From Adineta vaga (taxonomy: Eukaryota; Animalia; Rotifera): a stretch of DNA of 64,000 nucleotides. Position numbers and translations under genes: made by a program. This document shows, one piece after another, positions 1-11,919 of the stretch (its first letter is position 1; every line of letters begins with the position of its first letter). The notes beneath the pieces were generated by a model. The model ran no database searches. It saw nothing but the letters and a program-made list of their open reading frames with translations, and was not told the origin of the DNA. The stretch is taken from positions 11,532,001 through 11,596,000 of the forward strand of contig CP075493.1 of the NCBI GenBank assembly GCA_021613535.1, given 5' to 3'.

Positions 1-1397
1 TTCAGATTGATGATAATTTCAACTAAACATAAGAGATGATTTTATCTTCATTTAAAAGAATAGAACTCTCAAATTTATAATGCTATGCGATATGATCATT
101 GGGATACATGGAGCTCGGGTGTGAAAAACGAAATATAAGGATTGATTTTTTTAGTTCAAATGGCTCCTAAAAGATTTGCAAAATCATTCAATATAAACCA
201 CCAAAGAATGTCAGTTCTAAAAACCAGGCTTGAAATGTAGACCATCGTTCGATAGACATTAATAGGTGATTTGTTGCTAATGGTTTGTAACTCGTGTTGA
301 AATAATATAGCGGATAAGTATAAAAGCTACTGTTACTTCGTGGAAACCAAAATGATTGAGCCAAACATGTTCCATTCTCATCCATATACATAGCAAGTGT
401 TTGTGGATCATGATCTCCATCACCATATACTGTCAATTGTATAGAATTTAACAGGTATGTATCATTAAAAGTAATAAATATGTAATCTAATACATTATAA
501 CTGCCAAGTCTATTCCAGTAAGTGTAAATATCGTTATCAAAAGCACGCCACCATTCTATGCCCGAAGTATTAAATGACATATCCACATAGGAAAACTTTG
601 CAGGAAGAGTTCCAGTCATCACCGGCATTCTTACCACAGTCATGGCTAAATAAATAAGAAAACATGAACTAAATCGATCTGTAGGAAACGTATTGAAAAT
701 GAAATGAATGTCGTCTAATATCTGATGACGGAGAGAGTAGTGAGAAACTAAATGATACACTTACGTATACATGTCTTATTTTTTCGTGAACAAACAAGAT
801 TAAGATCATTGCGACATTGATCACTTGTGTTACACGAGACTCCACTCAGATATTGTGGTACACATGTTTTATTCTTCCACATAGTTCCAGTTGGACATTG
901 ACATTTTCCACATTGACAAGTCAGATTCAAAGCTTGATTACACCAAGTATCATCCTGACACGCCATTGTTGAATCGACATACAGTTGATTCAGACAACTA
1001 TCTTGATTATCATAAAAGGTGCCTGTTGGACATTGACAAGTGTTATTTCTGCATACAAGATATCGATCAGGATAACAATAATCACATGACTGATTGTAAG
1101 TCGATTTCACCAACCACACGACTAGTCGAAGTTGAAGCAACAATGGAAACAGTAGCAGAAGAGCCTTGATAGAGTTGACAGATGGATACATCATGGACGA
1201 ATGTGCGACATCGAGGATTTTGATGGCATAACAGAGCACATTTGAAAGCAGATAACCGATGAATATGTGTTAAGAAATTCAACTGCATTAACTGGAATAA
1301 AATCGACACCTTGCGTATGTAAGTCAGTATAAGATATCATATCCGTAGATATGATTCGAGCATGAACGAAAAGGAAAATAATGCAGCTATATCTCAT
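1..1397. repeat. Left arm of an inverted duplication (partner 27449-28873)
   Basis: Window start ttcagattgatgataatttcaactaaacataagagatg is the reverse complement of the sequence ending at 28873; CDS, intron and 3' flank align. Confidence 0.95.
188..1397 (-). pseudogene. Secreted PAN/apple-like + EB/EGF-like Cys-rich + discoidin/galactose-binding-like protein, frameshifted copy A
   Basis: Inverted paralog of 27449-28686. A 2-bp deletion (~1250) and a 26-bp deletion (~1100) split exon 1 over three ORFs (1191..1397, 1082..1309, 748..1239). Same single intron as copy B. Confidence 0.85.
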
Positions 1398-2076
1398 TTT
1401 GAGTCTTTATTCAATAAACTGAGCTGCACAACTGTAAGGAACAAAAACGAAATTCCATTTTTGTTTCTTTGTCGCAATGATATACCTTACTGTAGAATCT
1501 TTATTCCAATTGTTTTTCTTCAAAGTATGTATCCTCGAATAGCTGCAAATAACAAATGATTAGACAACAAAGAACAAATAAAAGCAAGACATCAGAGGTA
1601 AAACTATTTCCTGTTTGAAATGATACATGTAAAATACATGACTACTTATCTTTATCTAAATAAATTTCCATTCTTTATGAGAACATGTTTTTCCTACCGA
1701 AGTATCATTGAAAATATGTAATATAGTTATAGAGAAAAACAATTTTTTTAATAAGTTTTACTCAAAAATCCCAATACACTTTGTATACAAAATTTATATC
1801 ACACATGCAAATAAACAATAGATAGAGTAACAAAGAATTTATTTTCAATTAGATATGATAGATTGAATTTAAAAATATTGTTCTCTGTATATAATCACAG
1901 GATGTCAGTGATGATGACGAATAATAATAGTGGCATTGTTTGTCAACAGAGAAGAACAGAAAAATATCTTTCGTCTGTTATCTGCATCATCATCATACTT
2001 TTGATAAGAAAGTTTCTGTAAGACATTTTCTCCGTTTGCTCTATCATTCTTATTTGATTTAAAGACAAAAGAAAAT

Positions 2077-2842
2077 ATGTTTTCTACTTCTTTGTATCAA
2101 AATTCGATTCGTGTGTCAACTATTCAAAGTATGTAATCTTCCTGATTACGTTTTAACTTTATATTTTTTTATTTTCTAGCTGGCTGTGTAACAATAGAAT
2201 TTGATTCGTCTTATCCATTTCATTTAAGTGGTATTATTAATCGTGATGAATATCAAAAATCCATTCAACAACTCAATCGTGTTTTATCTTCAAAGAGAAT
2301 GATATTGATTGTTTCTATTATTTTCGGTTTGTGTTTAGTTATTGGAATGACCTTGACTATTCTTGGAGCTGTCTTACAAGAGAATAGTAGTGTAACTCAA
2401 TTTCCTCGAATAACAGGTTTTGGAATTATTTTGCTCTTTTGTGGATCATTTTTCTCATTGATTGGATTTTCTGTCATACAGCATCAACGTACGAAGCAAT
2501 TACAACACATAATTGCTCTCGAATCAATGAAATATTCATTACGAACACCAATACCATGCTGTTGGAGATTAGAAACAAAAATGAATTGGTGTGGAACAAC
2601 TGAAGATGGCCAATATAGACGTTTAATTTATTGTGTATGTATATATTTTATAAAAAATCGTCGAATTTAGGTCTTCTTCTTTGTTCTAGATAGTAATAGA
2701 TATTGGACGTTCTGAGATACCTTCCGGTAATCAACCATTTCATCCAGAGAATCAGCATCTATCCGAAACAACATCACTCATCAACGAAGAAACTGATCTA
2801 CCTCCACCTTATTCAAGTTTATCTACAAAATTTCATTGTTAA
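2077..2842 (+). CDS. Two-TM membrane protein with a Golgin A7/ERF4-like N-terminus and a C-terminal PPPY motif
   Basis: Exons ~2077-2128, 2180-2634, 2690-2842 splice in frame: MFSTSLYQ...IEFDSSYPFHLSGIINRDEYQKSIQQLN...two hydrophobic helices...DLPPPYSSLSTKFHC*. Confidence 0.6.
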
Positions 2843-2995
2843 CGTTGACAATGGCAACCTAGAAAAAGTGTTCTTTGTTTTTGTATGTAATGCAAATGAG
2901 AATTAAAAGAAATTCTTCCAAATGAAACTAATACGAGACATATCAAAGAATGAATTTCAAAAAGTTTTCTAAATTGTTTAAAGTACTAGTAATTA

Positions 2996-4069
2996 TTAAA
3001 TTGCTCGTTTAATGGTTGTCATAATCCAATCATAATAGTATGGAATGTTTATAAATACATCTGGCCATGTTGAATTCCATCCACAATCAACTGTTGCTGA
3101 TACAATACCTATCTGTTGCCAATAGTATGTTTCTGTGAACGGTATGCGTGTTCGTCGCATCAATGGACCACCACTATCACCATGACACACATGATGATTT
3201 GATTTGCCAATACACATTTGTCCTGGATGTGCAGGACTCGATTGTTGAAATAAATTGGAACAATTCGGATGTGATGTTGGAATATAAGCAAGTTTCACTT
3301 GTTGAAGATTCGATGGAAAGATCGTTGTGTTTGGTTGACCAGAGATTTTACCCCAACCAATCGCGACTAATTCTTCATTATCTTGTAAATGAGATGAATA
3401 TGGTGTTGCAAGACAAATAGGATGAATAATCGAATCAAAACGTAATGGTTGTTGAATAGTAAGAATTGCTATATCATTATGATAAAAAGCATTATAACCT
3501 TCATGAATATAAACATTGTTTACTTGATGACCGGATCTGAGCGAGAGGCTACTATTTAATCTATGTTGACCAGAAAATAAAAATATAAATGGTGGAAATG
3601 ATTGGTGAACACAATGAGCTGCCGTGAGAATATGTCGATCTGTTATTAAAGTTGCACCACATAGTGATACTGGTGTTTGATTTTTGTCAACAATAATTAA
3701 AAGCAATTGCCATGGCCAGGAATTTTTTCGTGCATTTTCTCCATTAGCAATTCGAGATGTTGACGACCTTTCATCATTAAATAATGGTTCAATTGATGGA
3801 CATCCACACTTACATGGTTCATATAAAGAAGTTATTGAAGCATTCTCTTCGAAAGAAACAGTTCGTCGAGCAGCTTTTAATCCAATTGTAAAAACCAACA
3901 CAATACTGATAATAAGTGCAATAATCAGAACAAGAGCAATAATAAAAAGTATGAGCGTACTTCCTTTAATACTATTATTCTTTTTCTCTGGCTCATACGG
4001 AGAATAACTTCTTTTCGATTCGTCCCTACGATCATTTTGATCGATAGAATATATTTGATGAGTTTGCAT
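2996..4069 (-). CDS. Type II membrane S1 (chymotrypsin-family) serine protease
   Basis: N-terminal TM helix, activation site R|IANG, WPWQ, catalytic TAAHC / DIAIL / GDSGGP motifs; intronless. Confidence 0.95.
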   Translation of the reverse strand: MQTHQIYSIDQNDRRDESKRSYSPYEPEKKNNSIKGSTLILFIIALVLIIALIISIVLVFTIGLKAARRTVSFEENASITSLYEPCKCGCPSIEPLFNDERSSTSRIANGENARKNSWPWQLLLIIVDKNQTPVSLCGATLITDRHILTAAHCVHQSFPPFIFLFSGQHRLNSSLSLRSGHQVNNVYIHEGYNAFYHNDIAILTIQQPLRFDSIIHPICLATPYSSHLQDNEELVAIGWGKISGQPNTTIFPSNLQQVKLAYIPTSHPNCSNLFQQSSPAHPGQMCIGKSNHHVCHGDSGGPLMRRTRIPFTETYYWQQIGIVSATVDCGWNSTWPDVFINIPYYYDWIMTTIKRAI

Positions 4070-4577
4070 TCGAATCAAAAAAACTTTTTATATGAAAATT
4101 TAGATTTGTACTATTGCATATATAGAGTAAAGAGACGAGGAAGATGAGATGATCAATGCTGTCTGCAAATCAACATATAATAATTCGTTCTTATTACAAT
4201 ATTATATCAACAATTATATTCTTTAGAATTTCGCATTTGCACTTCTATCAATCATATTATTGAAGGAGTTTCGTATATCATACAATTATGATTAGACTAA
4301 CAGTGTATATTAATGTGTATATCTTCGTTTTCGATAACAATTGCCTGAATATAAATGCATGCTTTCATCAAAGAGAGGAAAAGAAAAGTAAAAAAAATAA
4401 TATTTACTATCTGCATGTGATAAACGTATTTTTCTTTTACTTTCTGAATCATGACCATATAGTCTAAATAAAAAAACTGCAAAGCAAAAGAAAAAAACAT
4501 GTTTGCTTGTGCGCTGACACACTGAAATTTTTTCAAAAAAGGTTTTTTCTTTCAATAGAAATAAGTGCATCAATAAT

Positions 4578-7500
4578 ATGTCTAAGATTTCATCGGATGT
4601 TCGTAGTTATTTTAAATTGGATCTCCTATTACGACGTTCGTTTAATCCAGTTCGTCAACTGTTTATCAATCGTTATCCTCAATTAAGTGGTGGACAATCA
4701 TGGACTGATACAAGCGCATGTGGACAAGATTTTGTTACTAATGTTTTAAAAAAAAATAAAAAAATAAATTTAACACCGATACAAAAAACATCCATTGAGA
4801 ATGGTGATTCAAATGAATGGGATTTAAGTACATTTACTAATATCCTGTTATTCAGCAAGCGTCCTTCAACATTAAACACCACTGAAATACAGCAACTCGA
4901 TGAGGAAGATAAGCTTTTGGGAAAACTGAGAGATACTCGAAATAAGTTGGCTCATCATGCATCAAAATCTGTTGATATTGCTGAATTTAATCAATTGTGG
5001 ACGGATCTAGCAACAATTCTAGTTGCATGGGGTGAATCAGATACTGAAATAGATAAACTCAAGGACGATAGTGTCTTCGAACTGCCTAGCCAGGAAATTA
5101 ATGAAAATAATGCGAAAGAAGCAGAACGTTTCAATTTACTTGGTACTCAAGCTCACAAAGACAGTCAATTTTCTGACGCAATCACGTTTTTCACCAAGGC
5201 AACAGTTTTATCAGGTGTGGCGAATCATGATCGTGCTATTTTCTTTTCTAATATGGCTTCGAGTCGTCTTGCATTGTACGAACAACAAGCAAATGTTACC
5301 GGCCGATTTGAAGTTGGTAGTTCAATGGATGAACGATATCGTGCATTGAAAGATGCCAAAGAAGCACGAAATCTGTGGCCTTCATGGTGGAAAGGACATT
5401 TTCGTTTAGGAAAAGTTCGTGCTGCTTTGAATGAACATGAAAGAGCGATTAATTCATTCGAACGTGCATTGGCTCTCGATCCTACAAACAATGAGATAAA
5501 GAAAGCATTGGATGAAAGTCGTACGATATACGCGCGACAATCCTTGAACGATCATCTCAATCCAGAAATGAGACCAATGACGATGCCTGAACGATTGAAT
5601 GAAATGCAACAAAGATTCGGTACAACTCTAGAAGAAATACTCACTCCATTGCATTTTATTGAACACATTGATCCAGCTGTAGCGGATTTGACGCAAGGAC
5701 ACAGATACGAACATGGAGATATTGGTGTCAAACAAGATTATGAAACTGCTGCTAGATATTTTGCAAAAGCAGCAGGTCAAAATAATGCTGAAGGATTATA
5801 TAATTTAGCTCGATTGACTGATCTTGGTCGAGGAGTAAAGAAAGATCATGGTCTAGCTCTAAAACTTTATCAGCAAGCAGCTGCACAACCACCAATGTAT
5901 CCAAAACTAAAAACCTTTCGAAATCCAGGTGTAGGAGCAGCCGAACATGCTCTAGCTTTAAGTTATGCCGAGGGTGTTGTCGTTCATAAAAATCTACAAA
6001 CAGCTGTATATTGGTATGAGCGTGCTATTGGGAATGAATATGCTCCATCAGCTAATAATTTAGGCATAATGTACCACGAGGGTATTGGTGTCGATAAGAA
6101 TCTTCACAAAGCCGAACAATTATTTACAATGGCAGCTAAAAAAGGTTGTGCAAATGCTATGCAGAGTTTAGCGAAAATGTTACTGGATAAAAGTGAACTT
6201 CCAATGGCAAAGGTTTGGTTTGATCGAGCGTGCAAAGCAGGCAATATCATCACTCAAACTGAACGTGCTACATTTGAGAAACTTTTAGAACAAAAACAGC
6301 AAGAAATTGATCAAAATCCATCAAGTATTATGAAACAAACCGAAGATGAGACAAACAATTCAGAATCATTCGAGGAAAAACATACTTTTGATTATGATAT
6401 TTTAATTGAACATGCTAAACGTGGTTCAGTCACCGCAAAAAGAATGTGTGATGCTCTGGAACATTTACGCAAAGCAATAAGTATTATCCAGAAATCAGAA
6501 ACTTTAACAGAAAATGAAGAAGATACATTTGTACACGAATTATCTCTTTGTTTTCGTATTGAAAGTGTAGTTACTCAATTTCCTACTATGAAAGTTCATC
6601 AGAAAGCAGAAGAAATTGTTGATCGTGTACTTCATCGATGTACAACGGATAGAAAATCAATTCATGTTGACTCACAACTGGATGAAGATGTGCGGATATG
6701 TTATGCTGTCTTACATATGGATTCATCAAAAGAAATCGTTCAATTTCTTGGTCCATGTCAACAAAAATATCCGATCTCAACTTATTTTCTCCAGTTAAAT
6801 GCAATAGCAAACTGTTCACTAAAAGAATATGAGACCGTATTGTATATTATCAATACTGGATTGGAAATCGAGTCGGACAACCATGAATTATTGTATCATA
6901 GAGCAGTTGCATTGCGTTTAATAAAAAATGATATGAGCGAAACTATTAAAGCATATCAAGCATTTCTTAGAATTGCACCGAAAGATCATCGTAAAGTGCC
7001 TGAATCATATTATGCGATGGCGAGCTGTTATTTTGTACAAGAAAAACAACAAGATATTACCGATAATGTTAAGAAAACGTATCAACAAGGTATTGAAGCA
7101 GAGAATTGGCAACTACCATGCTTCTTACCGTATAAATCAAGCAGTAAAGTCGTTCTCGAGCAAATACTCAATGAAAAATCATCATTCGCAAACGTGAAAT
7201 CGTCAGCGTCTGTCAATAATAATAAATCACGATTAAAAGATCAGAATCGAATTGCAATTATATTAGAACAGCGTAAATGGCAAAACACATTGTTACAATC
7301 AGAAAGAAAATCATTTTCTGCTGTTGTACACACTACTCAGAAAGCTCGAGTGTCGCAACACACAATCAAATCGTTGATTGGATTGAAACCAATAACAATA
7401 CGAGAAATGAGTCCAATTAAAGATCATGTTTATGAAGGATATGTACTTTCTGTAACGATCATTGGACAGGCTTATGCATGGGAGCCATCCATTCATTTGG

Positions 7501-7853
7501 TGATTGAAGATGAACATCTTGATTGCATCAAAATATGTATTTATGGTTTTCCTGATGATCATGGAAAACATTTAATTAGTCAAACATTTCGAATCGGTGG
7601 TAAAATGAGTATTATCAATCCATATCTGCGAATACCACCAAGAGACGGAATACCAATAATTCGTATTGATGAGTTTTCATCAATTGTGATGCAAAATGAA
7701 TCTGAATACATAGTTAATATGTGTCGATGTTGTGGAGAAGGAAATGCTTCACAAGTTTGCAGTAGATGCAAAGAAGCATTTTATTGTTCAAAAGAATGTC
7801 AAACAATGGATTGGAAATTATACGAACATAAACTAATATGTATAAGACCATGA
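4578..7853 (+). CDS. DZIP3-like HEPN - TPR - SEL1 repeats - TPR - MYND zinc-finger protein
   Basis: 1091-aa intronless ORF. WDLSTF..ILL and RNKLAH (HEPN RxxxxH); TPR (KGHFRLG..ALALDP); SEL1 repeats (QDYETAARYFAKAA, ANNLGIMYHEGIGV); C-terminal CRCC..CSRCKEAFYCSKECQTMDWKLYEHKLIC MYND finger. Confidence 0.85.
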   Translation: MSKISSDVRSYFKLDLLLRRSFNPVRQLFINRYPQLSGGQSWTDTSACGQDFVTNVLKKNKKINLTPIQKTSIENGDSNEWDLSTFTNILLFSKRPSTLNTTEIQQLDEEDKLLGKLRDTRNKLAHHASKSVDIAEFNQLWTDLATILVAWGESDTEIDKLKDDSVFELPSQEINENNAKEAERFNLLGTQAHKDSQFSDAITFFTKATVLSGVANHDRAIFFSNMASSRLALYEQQANVTGRFEVGSSMDERYRALKDAKEARNLWPSWWKGHFRLGKVRAALNEHERAINSFERALALDPTNNEIKKALDESRTIYARQSLNDHLNPEMRPMTMPERLNEMQQRFGTTLEEILTPLHFIEHIDPAVADLTQGHRYEHGDIGVKQDYETAARYFAKAAGQNNAEGLYNLARLTDLGRGVKKDHGLALKLYQQAAAQPPMYPKLKTFRNPGVGAAEHALALSYAEGVVVHKNLQTAVYWYERAIGNEYAPSANNLGIMYHEGIGVDKNLHKAEQLFTMAAKKGCANAMQSLAKMLLDKSELPMAKVWFDRACKAGNIITQTERATFEKLLEQKQQEIDQNPSSIMKQTEDETNNSESFEEKHTFDYDILIEHAKRGSVTAKRMCDALEHLRKAISIIQKSETLTENEEDTFVHELSLCFRIESVVTQFPTMKVHQKAEEIVDRVLHRCTTDRKSIHVDSQLDEDVRICYAVLHMDSSKEIVQFLGPCQQKYPISTYFLQLNAIANCSLKEYETVLYIINTGLEIESDNHELLYHRAVALRLIKNDMSETIKAYQAFLRIAPKDHRKVPESYYAMASCYFVQEKQQDITDNVKKTYQQGIEAENWQLPCFLPYKSSSKVVLEQILNEKSSFANVKSSASVNNNKSRLKDQNRIAIILEQRKWQNTLLQSERKSFSAVVHTTQKARVSQHTIKSLIGLKPITIREMSPIKDHVYEGYVLSVTIIGQAYAWEPSIHLVIEDEHLDCIKICIYGFPDDHGKHLISQTFRIGGKMSIINPYLRIPPRDGIPIIRIDEFSSIVMQNESEYIVNMCRCCGEGNASQVCSRCKEAFYCSKECQTMDWKLYEHKLICIRP

Positions 7854-8656
7854 GCAAACAAAGTTGAATGGAATAGATGAATATATATTCATATAGATCA
7901 ATAAAAACGAATATGAGTAACAGAAATAACTTTTCGAATGACACTGTATCATAATGAAAGGAGAGAGATAGATGTTAATCATACAGCACGTTATTGTTTT
8001 TCATCATATTTATCTTCTTGAAACCAAGGATGATTTAATTCAGAACAATTGAGATATTGAAAATCAACTAAAGTATTGCCATGTCGCTTCGGAATACTTT
8101 CATTTGTGTTTTCTTTTCGTATGGCTGTGCATGCTAATAGAGCATTAGTCGTGCTTGAATATAATAAAGAAAAGTCAGTTATAGTTGCTTTAGTATTCGT
8201 TGAATGTGTTGTGTTTTGAATTATAAAACCGTATTGATGAATACTTTCATTTGTTATTTAATTGTGTACCTTGATAAACTAACCGTGAAGAATGCAAAGA
8301 GTCTTTCTTTAATTCTTTGACAATATCATTTTGAACTGTTTCATTTACATTTGCAAGACAAATATTTTTTATTATCATATTACATGAAATATTTCGCAAT
8401 AACGAGAACAGAAAATTGGCATTACTGGTGATTTATCCACCCAAACGAGCTGATGTATGATTGGTCGGATTTGCTTTTACCGAAATATTTTCTACCCAGC
8501 ATAGTTCATTATGATTGCAAGGACAATTCTCATCAAATATGACCGCATGATTGTAGAGGAATCGGAACAATCAAATGTCAATACTCGGTGAGAGAAAAAG
8601 TCATCTTGCGTTTGTATACATATCGTATCATTTTTAAAAAACAATGTTTGTGAGAG

Positions 8657-10411
8657 ATGTGTGCGTTTTTTCGCTTGTTTTCCTTTACCACGAAGCAATC
8701 GCTATGCAAAATAAGTATCATTAAAGATGTACGTTTAATATCTTCTGGAACTATCGTCAATGGTACAAATTATACATGTATCTGTACGATGTTAACATCG
8801 AATCAGAGCATTCAAGGATTTAATTATGTACGACAAAATGGTACATGCGAATTCTTTACAAATTATTCTTCATCATCCATTTATATCTTACAAAATGAAT
8901 CGAATAGTACATTCTATTTTCTACAATTACCACCTGTCATAACTGCCAATACTACGTACTCAACAATAACAACACAATTAACTACTGTTTTGACAACAAC
9001 TTTGGCAACAACAATACAGACGATCACTACTAAGTTACTTAATGCTGGTAAGTTTTTTTTCAACGTGATATCATTGATAAGAACGAGAGTATGTCTACAT
9101 ATAAGTATTCTGTTTGTATTATGAATCTTTTTAGTTACAACAGTAAATTCAATGCCTGTTATTTCAATCTTTTGGTCTTTTGATAATACTATCAGAGATC
9201 TGAATAATGCTTATATTAGTAATTCTAGTAGTATTACGTACTCTCCTCTTGGTATTACCGGTTATGGAGCAGCTTTGTCTCTTACTTATTTAGCAACATC
9301 TAACGTGATGGTATCGACACCTTATGTTAATCTTCAAAATCGAAGTTTCACTATTGATCTGTGGGCTAATCCTGCATCGGGAATGACTGTAAACGATTAT
9401 CCGTTCACAGTCATATGTCAAACAACATCACCGTATTATAGATGCATGCAAGCACTTCTTCGTAGAGGTACACCTATGCTCACATTCTATTATGCCGATT
9501 GTCAAAGTTCAAATAGTGTCAAAAATAGTACTTGGACACATCTTGCCTTCATTTACAATTATGTATCGAGTACAATGAGCCTTTATGTTAATGGATATCT
9601 TGATAAGAGTTTCAGTTCAATAGCATCTCCCTTTCAAGGTACGCCTAATACTACAATGATTATCGGTGGAGCTAAAGTTCTTAATATGTTTTATGAAGGT
9701 TTGATTGATCAACTTTCAATAGTAACACGAGTCAAAAGTGCTAGTGAAATCTTAAATGCAGCCACTCTTGTTGTCTACTATCCATTCATCAATCAAAATC
9801 TACTGGATTCTGGACCGAACTTTATTAATGGTACTGGAATTAACACCGCTTTTACAAATGGTCGTGTAGATGATGCAATCGTTTTTAATAAAACACCATC
9901 GTATATACAAATAGATAATCTTATACTACTCGGTACAAAAAATTGGCCCTACTCATTTGCATTTTGGATTTATGCATATTCAACACAAAATGGTACACTT
10001 ATTCATATGTATAGATCAAATTCATCAACAACAAATTGTCTTCCGATACTTGGTTTTTCTGCATCAGGTTCAATTGTAGCTCAATCATGGAATGGAACAC
10101 AAATTCGTACTATGACCGGTCCAGTAATCTTATCGAATACATGGGTTCATATTGCACATACATATTCATCAAATGGTACTGTTCGTCTGTACGTAAATGG
10201 TACAGTCGTAGCTAGTAATGGAATTTTATCACCAAATTTAGCAATTTCTCCTCCTGTGACTATTACACTTGGACACTGTGGAAATATAACTTTATGTTCT
10301 TGTCCATCGGGTGCTATTGTGTCAGGACAGTATTATGGATTAATCGATGAATTTCAATTGTATTCTCGTACACTCAATGCTAGTGAAGTATATACACTGG
10401 CATATCCTTAA
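8657..10411 (+). CDS. Extracellular protein: apple-like domain, Thr-rich linker, two LamG/concanavalin-A-like domains
   Basis: Intron 9048-9134 joins ORFs 8657..9124 and 9152..10411 in frame; two copies of WxHxA.Y...LYVNG....G.IDx. Confidence 0.85.
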
Positions 10412-10670
10412 TTTTAGTTAATCGTTCGTTCAATTCATACACTGCTGCAACAATTCATTTGTTGTATGTATTTCCTTTTGACTATTACACGAATATAGAA
10501 CATATGGTGTGAGTGAGGTATCCGAAAATAAGTGTCGTGGTATGACTGCTAAGCAAGCATGTATCGTTTATTGAAATAAATAGCTTATATTGTATATGAT
10601 ATTCAATGATTATGGATCATAATGAGTAAATCGAAAACACCTCTGTACTAAAGATAGCCTATTCGATTAC

Positions 10671-10766
10671 TTGAGGGTGAGGTTGAGTGTGGTGTGAGGA
10701 TGAGGGTGTAGATAGATGTTTATTACGCATAAGTACTCTCATCTATATACATACCCACACCCTCAA
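10671..10766. repeat. Short inverted element with telomere-like termini (copy 1)
   Basis: TTGAGGGTG...TGAGGGTGTAGATAGATG ... CATCTATATACATACCCACACCCTCAA. Confidence 0.7.
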
Positions 10767-10929
10767 CGCAGAGATTTAAATTAAAGTCCAACTGATTGAT
10801 TTATATTATAAACCGGCATATGCATATGTAAGTAAATTTTTTATATAAATTTTTTTTTGAAACATTTTTGCTCTATATGAAATAATATATTCGATATCAT
10901 ATAAAAGCATTCTATTGTGGTCTTTTACG

Positions 10930-11919
10930 TCAATGTCGAGTTAGATTCATAGGTATCACCGTATGATGTCGTCTCACTCGTTGTTGCAAAGAATTCTTCA
11001 ATTTTTTTGTTACTTCCGGCAAGCATAATACACAAACAAACGGTAGAAGTAGTGTTAATAACCAAAAGAAATAATAGAAATACACAGTCTGCATACGAAT
11101 AGCCCACTCTGGTAAATAAATAAGTGTTTGTAACATGATTATAACAGCAAAAGGAATTTGTAATAATAAATAAACGCTTGTAAGAAGTAGAAGATGAAAA
11201 ATCATTTTACAATTTTTTCGCCATTCTCTACGTTGTTGTTGTTGATGTTGTTGAAGACCAACTCGTTTTCGACAAAATACACGGATAATCAATATTATAT
11301 CAAGTAATACATCTAAGAATATAGGACAGTATGTATGAGCAAAAACATCATAGAATGAAATGATTGCATAAGTTGTGTAACATGGAAAACCACAAAGTGG
11401 TTGACTAAAATCAAATTGAACTGTACATGGATAAATAAAAATAACTGCAAGATAAAAGAGAATTAGATAGATGATGATGATTATGAATGGTAGATAATGA
11501 AAAAGTAGACGATGTTTTGCAGTTAGATAAAAATGTGCGTGAAAGATAAGAAAATGACGTTCAATTGATGTCCAAAACATTAGAAGATTCACAGTACTAA
11601 ATAGTAAATAATCACACCATTGCCATATCATACAATTCAGAGCTGTTTGTGGTGAAACGATACCAACATGGAGGTAATGAATGATACGTGGCACTTCGAT
11701 AAGATTTGTCAATAAAGTGACAAAGAGTAATATTAAAATAGCATGATAATGAAGTGTGTGACGAAGTGTTCGATCAGTGATAAGATAAAAGATGAGGAGA
11801 GAATTACAAATCAAAGCTGGTGATTCAAGTGCAACGAAAAGTGAAAATTTTATATTTCTAGTCCATGGTGTTTCATAAATAATAGCGGATTCTGTTGAAT
11901 CGTTTTCTGAGATATTCAT
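10930..11919 (-). CDS. Orphan rhodopsin-like (class A) GPCR
   Basis: Seven hydrophobic segments, SIERH at the TM3 end, Cys in TM3/ECL2; intronless; likely start MNISENDS. Confidence 0.85.
   Translation of the reverse strand: MNISENDSTESAIIYETPWTRNIKFSLFVALESPALICNSLLIFYLITDRTLRHTLHYHAILILLFVTLLTNLIEVPRIIHYLHVGIVSPQTALNCMIWQWCDYLLFSTVNLLMFWTSIERHFLIFHAHFYLTAKHRLLFHYLPFIIIIIYLILFYLAVIFIYPCTVQFDFSQPLCGFPCYTTYAIISFYDVFAHTYCPIFLDVLLDIILIIRVFCRKRVGLQQHQQQQRREWRKNCKMIFHLLLLTSVYLLLQIPFAVIIMLQTLIYLPEWAIRMQTVYFYYFFWLLTLLLPFVCVLCLPEVTKKLKNSLQQRVRRHHTVIPMNLTRH

Noticed and set aside
891-7944. Short ORFs overlapping real genes (e.g. 891..1169, 3148..3420, 3684..4007, 5071..5349, 5225..5491, 7311..7571)
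   Set aside because: Antisense or off-frame shadows with no recognisable motifs.
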